A stretch of DNA of 64,000 nucleotides, taken from the NCBI GenBank assembly GCA_963829055.1, contig CAWHHI010000016.1, positions 800,001 through 864,000 on the forward strand, written 5' to 3'. This document shows, piece after piece, positions 53,011-62,849 of this stretch (the first letter of the stretch is position 1; every line of letters begins with the position of its first letter). The notes under the pieces were generated by a model. The model made no database searches and was not told where the DNA came from. It saw only the letters and a program-made list of their open reading frames with translations. The translations under genes were made by a program, and so were the position numbers. The stretch is from an uncultured Gemmatimonadaceae bacterium. Its GTDB lineage: Bacteria; Gemmatimonadota; Gemmatimonadetes; Gemmatimonadales; Gemmatimonadaceae.

Positions 53011-56000
53011 CTACGGTTCCCTGGTGAGGGTGACGCGGACACTGGACCCGTCGAGATCCACTTCATGCGTCGCCTGTTGACCAGCCGCGGGAGCACCAAA
53101 GGTGATCTCCCGGGCGAGTAATTCATTGGCGATCCAATCATTGTACTCGGTAATCGCCGCTCGCACATCATCGGGAGCGTCGATCCGCACTCGGATTCGG
53201 TCGCTCACCGAAAAACCTAAGTCCCTCCGCAACCGTTGTAGCTGACTCACGAACTCCCGGGCGATTCCCTCACGTTTCAGCTCGGGCGTGACCGCTGGAT
53301 CGATCGCCGCGAACCGACCGTCCTCCTCCTTCACCGTCAGGGCCCCTGTGGCCCGCCGGACGATTGTGAGATCGTCGGCATCGAGCAGGCGCGACTCGTT
53401 GCCGACGGAGACGGCAAGTGGCTGCCCGTGCTCGAACGCCCGCAACTCATCGCTCGTGAACGCGGCAACCGCCTGCGCCGCGAGCGGCGTACTCTTGCCG
53501 AACTTCTTACCCAGCGAACGGAAGTTCGGCTTCGCTTCGAGCGTCACGAGGGAGTCCGCGGACGAAGCCAGTGTCACGCGCTTGACGTTGAGCTCCGCCT
53601 CGAGCAGATCGAACAGCGATGTGACGTCACCGGCGACCTGCTGAGGCACAACGCATACCATCTGCGAGAGTGGCTGGCGCACCTTGATCGCGGCTTCCTC
53701 ACGCGCCGCCCGTCCCAGGCGGGCGAGCGTGCGGATCTCACGCATGGCGCGCTCGAGGGCGACGTCAGGCGCGGGTGCGTCCGAGCGGCGGTAGGGCGCC
53801 AGGTGGACGGACGTGCCGGTCAGCTCGCGGTGCAGCCAGTCGCTCAGGAACGGGGCAAGTGGAGCGAGGAGCCGGGACGAAACGACCAGGACCTCGTGCA
53901 GCGTCGCGAATGCCGCGCGATTGTCGTCGCTGGCGACCTCGTAGAAGCGGCTTCGCGTGCGGCGCACGTACCAGTTGGACACGTCATCGACAACGAAGCT
54001 CATGAGGGTCTTCGCCGCGGCGGTGGCGTCGAATGTCTCCAGCAATGCGTCGACTTCGCGCTCCACAGTGGTGAGGCGCGACAACATCCACCGGTCGATC
54101 GCCGGCCGGTCTTTGGGAGCGGGATCGAGCGAGGACGGCTCCCAGCCAAAGTTCGCGTAGAGCGCGAACATCCCGCTGTAGATGTTCTTGAGCGTGACGA
54201 GGAACTGCGTGACGCCTTCGCGGATCTGCGCCTCGTCGAACGCGCGCGGCTTCCACACCTGGCTGGACGAGACGAGGAACAGCCGCACCGCGTCGGCCCC
54301 GTACTTGGGGATGACGGACCACGGATCGACGATGTTGCCGAGGCGTTTCGACATTTTCACGCCCTCGGCATCGAGAACGAGGTCGTTGACTACCACGGCG
54401 CGGTAGGGAGCGACATCGGGAATCGGCGGGCGCCCGCAGCGGCGGGCAGATGGGAATCGGGAATCGAGGCTGCATGCGGCGCGCTGCTCGCAGCACCGAT
54501 TCCCGATTCCCGATTCCCTGATTCCCTTGTTATTCGGCAACGCGTCACCCAGCCCCGCCGCGATCGCGAGGAGGGAGTAAAACCATCCCCTCGTTTGGTC
54601 CACCCCCTCGGCGATGAAATCCGCGGGGTACTGCGTCGCGAGCATCTCGCGATTCTCGAACGGATAGTGCCACTGCGCGAACGACATCGCGCCTGAATCG
54701 AACCACGTGTCGATGACCTCGCTCACGCGACGCATCGTGCCGCGGCCGCTCTTCGCCGGCCACGTGTAGCGGTCGATGTACGGCTTGTGCGGGTCGAAGT
54801 CGCTGCCTAACGACGCGCCGACACGCTCCGCGAGCGCGGCGTAGGAGCCGATGACCTCGATCTCCGACGGGTCCTCGTCATTCACCCACACCGGCAGCGG
54901 CGTGCCCCAGTAGCGATCGCGCGAGATCGCCCAGTCGATGTTGTTCACCAGCCATTCGCCGAATCGACCCGCACCGACTTCGGGCGGATGCCAGTCGACG
55001 CGCGCGTTGCGCGCCAGCATGTCGTCGCGATACGCCGTCGTGCGGATGAACCACGAGCCGCGCGCGTAGTACAGGAGCGGCGTGCCGCAGCGCCAGCAAT
55101 GCGGATACGCGTGGACGAGTGTTCCCGCCTTCCAGAGGACGTCGCGCCGCTCGAGTTCCTCGATGATGAGCGGGTCCGCCTTCTTCACGAACTTCCCGCC
55201 GACGACCGGCATGTCCGCCGGGAACTCACCGCGCGCGTTCACGGGCTGCACGAACGCGAGCCCGTTGCGCTGGCCCGCTGCGTAGTCGTCGGCACCGAAC
55301 GCCGGCGCCATGTGGACGACGCCGCTGCCGTCGTCGGCGGACACGAAGTCCTCACCGACGATCACACCGTGATCGCCTTCGACGCCATCGAACGACACCC
55401 AGTCCAGCGGCCGCTGGTAGCGCGCGCCGACGAGCATGGAGCCCGGAAACCGCCCGACGGTCTCCCATCGATCGCGATAATCCTCGCCGAGCACGGCGCC
55501 CGCGCGTGCTTCGGCGAGGATGATGGTCCAGTCGGTCCCGGTCTTCTTTTTCAGCTCGACGTAGTCGAGCTCGGGATGCACCGCGAGCGCGACGTTCGAG
55601 ACGAGGGTCCAGGGTGTGGTCGTCCAGACGAGGATTCGCCGTCGGGAATCGGGAATGGGGAATCGGGAATCGGGACGTGCTCGCAGTTGTCCGATTCCCG
55701 ATTCCCGTGTTCCCGAGTCCCCGAAGATCGAACGCCACATAGACACTCGGATCACTCACATCCTGATAGCCTAACGCCACCTCGTGACTCGACAACGTCG
55801 TTCCGCAACGCGGGCAATACGGCAGGATCTTGTGGCCACGTGCGAGCAACCCGCGCTCGTGCATCGTCGCCAGCGCCCACCACACGCTCTCCACGTAGTC
55901 GTTCGTGTACGTGACGTACGCGTTGTCGTAGTCCAGCCAATAGCCGATCCGCTCGCTCAGCTTCTCCCAGTCGCCCTGGTACTTCCACACGCTCTCGCGG

Positions 56001-56428
56001 CAGAGGCGATTGAACTCCTCGACGCCGAACGCCTCGATGAGCTGCTTCCCGCTGCAGCGCTGGATGTCCTCGTCGCTCATCCCGCGCGCCTTGAGCAGCG
56101 CCGGCAACTGCTTCTCGACCTCGATCTCGACCGGCAGGCCGTGCGTGTCCCAGCCCGCTTTTCGCAGCACGCGATAGCCACGCATCGCGCGATGGCGGCA
56201 GAAGAGATCCTTGATCGTGCGCGCGAAGACGTGGTGGATGCCCGGGCGGCCATTCGCTGTGGGCGGTCCCTCGAAGAACACCCACGACGGTGCGTCCGCC
56301 CGCGCCTCGAGCGTGCGCGCGAACAGCCCCTCCTCGCGCCACCGTCCGAGTAGCTCCTCCTCGAGCGCGTTCGCCCCGCCCTCCGGCGGAATCAGTCGGA
56401 ACCGCGTGCCTGATTCAGCGGCGGTCAC
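53011..56428 (-). CDS. ileS: Isoleucine--tRNA ligase, type 2 (two heptamer-palindrome inserts; +1 frameshift near 55720)
   Basis: EGPPTANG, GIHH (HIGH variant), GWDTHGLP, WTTTPWTL, EGVDQTRGWF, KMSKR and an IleRS2-type C-terminus. Confidence 0.95.
54416..54526. repeat. GGGAATC/GATTCCC palindromic element in frame inside ileS
   Basis: GGGAATC at 54418, 54452 and 54459; GATTCCC units at 54498-54526. Confidence 0.9.
55642..55722. repeat. GGGAATC/GATTCCC palindromic element inside ileS
   Basis: (GGGAATS)4 at 55644-55671 and degenerate (GATTCCC)4 at about 55693-55722. Confidence 0.9.
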
Positions 56429-57294
56429 AGACGCTCCACGACGCCGCGCACGAGCGCGGTGAGATTCGGCTCCGCGCGCGACGCGACGGCGATGATCTTT
56501 TCGAGGCTCGCGGGCTCCAGCGCGTCCGGAAGACACTGGTCGGTGATGATCGAGACGCCGAGCACGCGCATGCCGGCGTGAATGGCCACGATCACTTCGG
56601 GCACGGTGGACATGCCGACGACGTCGGCGCCGATCCCGCGGAGGAATCGATACTCCGCTCGCGTCTCCAGATTCGGCCCCGGCACCGCGACGTACACGCC
56701 TTCGTGGAGCGTGAGGCGCAACTCACTCGCCACGGTCTTCGCCAGTGTGCGCAGCTGCCCGCTGTACGGCTCCGACATGTCCGGGAACCGCGGTCCGAGC
56801 CGATCGTCGTTAGGCCCGACCAGCGGATTGTCGCCGAGCAGGTTGATGTGATCGGCGAGGAGCATGAGATCGCCCGGCGCCCACAGCGGATGCATGCCGC
56901 CGCACGCGTTGGAGACCACGAGCGTCGTCGCGCCTAACGCGCGAAGCACGCGCACGGGGAATGTCGCCTGCGACAGCGAGTAGCCCTCGTAGCGATGGAA
57001 CCGGCCCTGCATGGCGACGACGGTCTTCCCCGCGAGCGTTCCGCAGAGCAGGCGCCCCGCGTGCGACTCCACCGTCGACAGCGGGAACCCCGGAATATCG
57101 GTGTACTCGACGGTCGCCTCGACGTCGATGGCCTTGGCCAACCCGCCGAGTCCGGTCCCGAGGATGATCGCGACGTCCGGACGGCGCGAGAAGCGAGCGC
57201 GCACGACGTCAGCGGCGCGCTCCACCCGCTCCACCGTGTGAGGCGCGTCGTCCATCGTCAGGCCGTTGTTCGCCACTGCGTCCACGGCGGCCAC
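56425..57294 (-). CDS. Purine nucleoside phosphorylase (trimeric type)
   Basis: IILGTGLG, GRFHRYEG, GPRFPDM, GPNLET, VGMSTVPE. Confidence 0.93.
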   Translation of the reverse strand: MAAVDAVANNGLTMDDAPHTVERVERAADVVRARFSRRPDVAIILGTGLGGLAKAIDVEATVEYTDIPGFPLSTVESHAGRLLCGTLAGKTVVAMQGRFHRYEGYSLSQATFPVRVLRALGATTLVVSNACGGMHPLWAPGDLMLLADHINLLGDNPLVGPNDDRLGPRFPDMSEPYSGQLRTLAKTVASELRLTLHEGVYVAVPGPNLETRAEYRFLRGIGADVVGMSTVPEVIVAIHAGMRVLGVSIITDQCLPDALEPASLEKIIAVASRAEPNLTALVRGVVERL

Positions 57295-57301
57295 CGACCC
57301 G

Positions 57302-57895
57302 CTACTCCTTCACCAGCGAATCGAGCCAGGCCGGTGTGGGATGGGCTGTCCGCGTAGGCTCCTCGCGCTTCCCCTCGTCGCGTCTCGGCGACGAGGACCC
57401 GCCCCCGGATCCCATGGGAGCCACCGGCAGCGGCGTTGCTTCAGCGGTCTCGATCTCCGCGAGCTGACGTTCCACCATCGTGCGCAGCTGCGACAGGTAC
57501 GTCCGGCGCGCGCGAACGAGACCCTGGATCTCGTCCTCGAGCCGGCGTGCCTCGGCGCGGATGCCCTCGACGTCCTGCTCGACCTGGGCGCGCGCTTCGC
57601 GCATCAGCAGCTGGGCTTCGCGGTCCGCCTGCTCGCGGATCTCGGCGCGGAGCTGTTGCGCGGACACGAGCGCGTCGTTGAGCGCCTTGTCGCGCTCACG
57701 GAACGCGCGGAGCTGCTCGACGAGACCCTTCGTCTTCTGATCGAGCTCCTGATTTGCCCGCGCGAGCCGCTCGACCTCGGCCGCCACCTGATCGCGAAAC
57801 TGGTCGACGCGCGTCTTGTCGTATCCGCGCAGGGCGGAGCCGAAATCGTACCGGCGAATGTCGACCGGTGTGAGGTGAAACGCTTCGTCGCTCAT
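57302..57895 (-). CDS. divIVA: DivIVA domain protein
   Basis: LTPVDIRRYDFGSALRGYDKTRVDQF followed by a long coiled coil. Confidence 0.9.
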   Translation of the reverse strand: MSDEAFHLTPVDIRRYDFGSALRGYDKTRVDQFRDQVAAEVERLARANQELDQKTKGLVEQLRAFRERDKALNDALVSAQQLRAEIREQADREAQLLMREARAQVEQDVEGIRAEARRLEDEIQGLVRARRTYLSQLRTMVERQLAEIETAEATPLPVAPMGSGGGSSSPRRDEGKREEPTRTAHPTPAWLDSLVKE

Positions 57896-58575
57896 GCGTG
57901 CCGCGCCCCGAACAGGACAGTTCCGAGTCTCACCATCGTCGCTCCTTCTTCCACCGCGATCTCGTAGTCGTTCGACATTCCCATCGACAGCTCCGTCGCT
58001 GGATGTCCGAGCGCAGCGAGCCGCTCGCGAACTGCTCGGGCGCCGCTGAACGTCGAGCGCAGAGTGCGCTCGTCAGCGTCCAGTGGCGCCATCGTCATTA
58101 CGCCTTCGACACGCAAACCACGCAACTGGAGCCAGCGTTCGCCTTCCGCGCCGGTCTCGCCTGGTGCAAGGCCACCCTTCGCCTCCTCGCCTGCCACGTT
58201 GACCTGCATGAGCACGCGGATGGGCGCACCTCGATCATCGCCGACGCGTGCAACCGCGTCGGCAAGCCGAGCGCTGTCTACGGAATGGACGAGCGCGAAG
58301 CGGTCGACTGCCTTCGCTTTGTTGCGTTGTAGATGACCGATGAGATGCCAACGGACCGGGACGGCAACTTCACCCATCTTCGACAGCGCTTCCTGCACTT
58401 TGTTCTCGCCGACGTCCGCAATACCCAGCTCCGCCGCCGCTTGCACCGCGTCGGGCCCGTAGGTCTTGGTCACGGCGATAATCGCGACCTGCTGCTCATG
58501 CCCGCCCCGAACGACCGCGGCCGCTATTCGCTCGCGCACCTCGGCGACCCGATCGGCGAGGTCTGGAAATGGCAT
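57892..58575 (-). CDS. yggS: PLP homeostasis protein YggS
   Basis: IAVTK, GENKVQE, WHLIGHLQRNK, LSMGMSND, VRLGT. Confidence 0.95.
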   Translation of the reverse strand: MPFPDLADRVAEVRERIAAAVVRGGHEQQVAIIAVTKTYGPDAVQAAAELGIADVGENKVQEALSKMGEVAVPVRWHLIGHLQRNKAKAVDRFALVHSVDSARLADAVARVGDDRGAPIRVLMQVNVAGEEAKGGLAPGETGAEGERWLQLRGLRVEGVMTMAPLDADERTLRSTFSGARAVRERLAALGHPATELSMGMSNDYEIAVEEGATMVRLGTVLFGARHA

Positions 58576-58589
58576 AACATTACATTTTA

Positions 58590-60584
58590 TCAGAAGTTAC
58601 AACGCGAGGCAAGTAATCGAACCGTGTCGCTGACTGCCCCCTGAGCGACGCGCCGCGCGACCGTCGGACACGTCAACAGGCTGGTGAGGTACCCTCCGGC
58701 CGGATCGTCTATCCGGACTGGGTCGATCGGCCCACTGAACCAGCGCCCGATCAACGCAGCGGTGGAATCTACCGCAGGGACATCGATCGTTGTGGAACGC
58801 AGCGGTCGTGCGCCGAGGCGCTCCAGCGTAGACCAGCCCACGAAACAACCAGTCGGCGCCGAGGGCGCGGCGGAGCTCTGGTTCGAGGCCGACCGATGCC
58901 GCAATCGGTCGGCCGGAACGCTCCACCCGCGCGGCAATGGCGGCGAGCTCGCGCCGCGTACCGCGCCAGCCCGTGGTGTCGGCCGGCTCATACAGGCCCA
59001 GCCGTCGCGCCAGCTCGGCGCGGTACCAGACCGCCGGCAGCAGCGGGACCGTCACGATCGACACATCCGGCCTCACGTGTTCAGCGACCTGCGTGTACCA
59101 CAGGGGGTAGGTGTCGTTGTCGCCGGCGACGAACAGCACCGCCTTTGGCGGCGTCGACTCGAGCGTGGCGCGCGCGAACGCGTTAGGCAGCGAGGCCGCG
59201 GGCTCCCGACGGCGGTCGACCGCATGCCAGTTGAGCGCGATGGGTAACGCGGCGACGACCAGCCCCATCGCCGCGAGACGCGGCCGATCGAATCGCTGCG
59301 CGACGATTCGCCCAAGCAGGATTGCTCCCTGCCCTACCCAGAGGCCAAACACGGCGAAGCCGAGAGCAAAGAAGTAATCCCGTTCACGAGCTTCGCGATC
59401 AGCATCGGGCGGAAGCACGCCGTATCCGAACGACGGCCCCGCGCGCAGGTTGAGGTACACGATCACGCCGAGTGTCGCCGCGCCGAAGAGCACGAGCATT
59501 GCGGCCCAGGATCGCCGGTCGCGCCGCCTGTGCCACGCGCTGCCGGCGAGCCCGAGCGCGAGGAATGCCAACGTGAACGGAGTGCGAAGCCACGATGCTC
59601 CGACAGCGCGATCGAGGCCGAGCGCGAATTGCCAGTCGGTGTACTCGACCAGGTTCCCGACCTGGAGCCAGAATGGTGCGCGTCGCGGCCACAGGCCGGG
59701 CACGTCGTATTGTCTGCGCGCCATGACCTCGATCACGCCACCAGGCGTCATCGGGGCACCCTGGTTGATCGCCGGGTCGAGCCGCGCGCGAAGCAGAAGG
59801 AAGAGGAATGCGGACGCAGCGACCGTCACAATCCCGAGCACGGCCGCCGTTTCGCCGAATGCGCTGTGGTCGCCCGTGCCGAATGAAAGCGAGACGCACC
59901 ACGAGTATGGCCAGCGCCAGCAACGCCAAGGCCGATCGACCCTGTGCCCGCGCCAACGGCGAGAACCGCGGCGCCTGACAACAGCGTGGCCCGAGACCCG
60001 TCGAGTTCGAGGTCGTCGCCAAGGGTGGCGAGCGCGATGGCGCCAGGCGCGGCGACCATGGCACTCAGGTGGAGCGGCGGCGCGAGCGCAAAGAGATACG
60101 CCAGCAGCAGATCCCACCGGCGAGCCTCGGTCGGCTCCCTCCTCCGCGTGTTCGCCTTGAACCCGACCCAGAGCATGACCATCGAGAGTAGCAGCGACGC
60201 CGAATAGACCTCGGTCTCCGTCGCGTTCAACCAGACCGTGGACATTCCGCCGAATGCGAGCCCGGCGCCGACCGCGGCCAGCGTGGTGCGCGTCCAGCGA
60301 GCGACGAGGCTCGCGGCGATCGCGGCCGCAATGGCCGTGGACACGACGGCCAACAGGTTCGTCGCGAGGACGGTGCTCAGAAACGGCAGAAGCAACCGCC
60401 ACGCGCGCGCCACCAGCACGAACAGCGGGGTGCCTGGCGGGTGCGGGATACCTAACGATTCGACGGCCGACGCGAACTCACCGGCGTCCCACAGCGTGAC
60501 GCCTGGGGCCATTGTCGCGAGGTAGACGAGACCGAGCGTGGTGCCGACGAGGAGCGCTGCCCGTCGCGGCGACGCCAGCCTCAC
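58590..60584 (-). CDS. DUF2723/TMEM260-like polytopic membrane glycosyltransferase (frameshifts near 59900 and 58820)
   Basis: WDAGEF...LGIPHPPGTPL, ATETEVY, EARERDYFF, GDNDTYPLWY. Confidence 0.82.
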
Positions 60585-61383
60585 GCGGAAATCTGGGTGA
60601 CCGGGTGCTCGGCCGTCGCACGTCCCATCCGCCCGGATACGATCTCACGGATCTGGGCCGATGTGAGGTTACGCGTTAGGCGCCCCGCGAGCGCGATCGA
60701 GATCGTCGACGTCTCCTCCGACACGACGACGACCAGCGCGTCGGTCTCCTCACTGAGCCCGATCGCCGCGCGGTGCCGTGTGCCGAGTGACCGGTCAGCC
60801 AGCGGCGCCTGTGAGAGCGGCAGGATGCACCCCGCTCCGATGATCGTGTCGCCGCGCAGAATCACCGCGCCATCGTGCAGCGGCGAGTACGGCGTGAAGA
60901 TGGTCGCCAGGAGATCGGCGGAGACCTTGGCCTGCATCTCCGCCCCTGACTGGATGAAATCTCCGAGGGCCATCTCCCGCTCGAGGACGATGATCGCGCC
61001 GATGCCCGACCGCGCGAGACGCTCGACGGCGTCACTCACTTCCTCCGCGACCTCCACTTCCTCCATCCGGCGGAAGAATCGCGTGACGCGCGACTGTCCG
61101 AGGTGCGCGAGCCCGGCGCGAAGCTCGGGCTGAAAGATGATGAGCGCCGCGAACGCACCGTACGTGAACACGAGCTCGAGGAGGTACGTGATCATCGTGA
61201 GCTTCATGAGCCACGCGACGGCGTACACGAGCACGAGCACGACGATGCCGGTGAGCATCTGGACCGCGCGCGTCCCCTGGATCAGGAGCAGCATGCGATA
61301 CAACACGACCGCTACGACCAGCACCTCGATGAGGTCGCGGGGCCGGCATGGAGGAGACGGAGTTGTTCGAGGACCTGCGTCAT
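60581..61383 (-). CDS. cdaA: Membrane diadenylate cyclase CdaA/DacA (frameshift near 61340)
   Basis: TM helices, IFQPELR, PLHDGA, GTRHRAA; ATG 61383 overlaps the folP TGA. Confidence 0.92.
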
Positions 61384-62372
61384 CGGGAATCGGGAATCGG
61401 GAATCGGGAATCGGGAGCCGCCGAATCCCCGGTGTCGCTCGCATACGCCATCCGCCCCGCCTCAAGGATTCCCCAAGCGACATCGAGCGCTTGTCGATTT
61501 GCCGCGACGTCATGAACGCGGAACAAGCGCGCCCCGGTCATGAGAGCGGCCACGTGCGCGCCGACAGTGCCGTACACACGCTCCGCGGCTGATTGCACAC
61601 CCGACAACTCTCCGACGAAACGTTTCCGTGATGCGCCCACAAGGACCGGGAAACCTAACGCTACAATGCGGCCAAGTTGAGCAAGCGTCACCAACGAATG
61701 TTCGCTCCGCTTCGCGAACCCGATTCCAGGGTCGAGGACGATGGCTTGTCGGTTTACCCCAGCGGCCGTCGCAGTGTCGACCGCCACGTGCAATTCGCGG
61801 ACGATCTCGCCGACGACGTCACCGCCATAGCTCGCGTACGCGTACGTGCCCATCTCGGCCACGCCACCACGTGAATGCATCAATACGGTTCCCACCGCGC
61901 TCTTCGCAACAACTCCCGCCATCTGTGCATCGAGACGAAAACCAGAGACATCGTTGATGATATCCGCACCGATAGCAATCGTGGCGTCAGCGACCGCGCT
62001 CTTCGTCGTGTCGATTGACAACAGCGCTTCGGGGAACGCGCGTCGCAGCGCTTCCACAACGGGTGCCACGCGGTGGAGCTCCTCGTCCAGTGAAACGACG
62101 TGCGCCTGCTGTGGCCTCGTCGACTCACCGCCAATGTCGATGATGTCGACCCCCTCCCCGATCATTGCCCCGACGCGATCGACCGCGCGAGGCAATTCCG
62201 CGAAGCTCCCTCCGTCGCTGAACGAGTCTGGCGTGACGTTGAGAATGCCCATGAGCAAGGGTCGATCGATCGCCACCTCACGGTTGCGAACGCGCCAGAC
62301 GGTTGGTGTGGGAGGTGAGCCTTGGGGCAGCGACGAGGCTACATGCAATGGATTGATGTCACGCGGAATCAT
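61380..62372 (-). CDS. folP: Dihydropteroate synthase
   Basis: MGILNVTPDSFSDGG, GGESTRP, DPGIGFAK, SRKRF, RVHDV. Confidence 0.96.
   Translation of the reverse strand: MIPRDINPLHVASSLPQGSPPTPTVWRVRNREVAIDRPLLMGILNVTPDSFSDGGSFAELPRAVDRVGAMIGEGVDIIDIGGESTRPQQAHVVSLDEELHRVAPVVEALRRAFPEALLSIDTTKSAVADATIAIGADIINDVSGFRLDAQMAGVVAKSAVGTVLMHSRGGVAEMGTYAYASYGGDVVGEIVRELHVAVDTATAAGVNRQAIVLDPGIGFAKRSEHSLVTLAQLGRIVALGFPVLVGASRKRFVGELSGVQSAAERVYGTVGAHVAALMTGARLFRVHDVAANRQALDVAWGILEAGRMAYASDTGDSAAPDSRFPIPDSR
61385..61416. repeat. (GGGAATC)4 arm encoding the FolP C-terminal tail
   Basis: Four tandem GGGAATC units; translated PDSRFPIPDSR* on the minus strand. Confidence 0.93.
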
Positions 62373-62452
62373 TCGGTGCTGCGGTTGGCCAGCCGTCTCG
62401 TCAACGTAGCGATAGATCGCCGAGCAAATCCAATCTCCGCCAACCCGACACC

Positions 62453-62812
62453 ATGACCGTCTCCGATCACCGCCAACTCATTGTCTGGCAGAAAGGCGTA
62501 GCCCTCGCCCTCGAGACCTACCGAATTTCGCGATCCTTCCCGCGCGACGAAATGTATGGCCTCACGAGCCAAATTCGACGCGCGTCGGTCTCGATTCCGT
62601 CGAACATCGCGGAGGGAAACGGTCGAAGGCATCGCGCGGAGTACGCTCACCACGTATCGATCGCGCGGGGATCGCTGAGGGAGGTCGAGACTCTCGCGGA
62701 GATCGCGCACGGGTTGGAGTACATACGCAAAGAGGAGCTCGCGATGTTCCGCGAACTCCTCGATCACGTGGGCCGAATGCTGACCCGGCTGCTGAAGGGA
62801 CTGGAGGCTTAG
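62453..62812 (+). CDS. Four-helix-bundle protein (23S rRNA IVS protein / Avd-like family)
   Basis: LIVWQKG, FPRDEMYGLTSQIRRASVSIPSNIAEG, IARGSLREVET. Confidence 0.93.
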   Translation: MTVSDHRQLIVWQKGVALALETYRISRSFPRDEMYGLTSQIRRASVSIPSNIAEGNGRRHRAEYAHHVSIARGSLREVETLAEIAHGLEYIRKEELAMFRELLDHVGRMLTRLLKGLEA

Positions 62813-62818
62813 TGCCTC

Positions 62819-62846
62819 GATTCCCGATTCCCGATTCCCGATTCCC
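62819..62846. repeat. (GATTCCC)4 arm between the four-helix-bundle stop and the ftsH stop
   Basis: Four perfect tandem GATTCCC units. Confidence 0.93.
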
Positions 62847-62849
62847 TAT

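Noticed and set aside
24865..61383. Pseudogenes or programmed frameshifts in ftsI, yegS-like, DUF4388 genes, TPR genes, cheA, DUF2723 and cdaA
   Set aside because: About 15-20 small shifts, some in short G/C runs and some in essential genes, with otherwise intact motifs. This pattern is typical of long-read consensus errors.
1126..61660. Integron attC sites (GCCTAAC/GTTAGGC match RYYYAAC/GTTRRRY)
   Set aside because: The sites lie inside housekeeping CDSs, are not paired into attC-sized hairpins between cassettes, and there is no integrase. The motif is reported separately as an enrichment.
62453..62812. Diversity-generating retroelement or 23S rRNA intervening sequence
   Set aside because: No reverse transcriptase, TR/VR pair or rRNA sequence is visible in the window.
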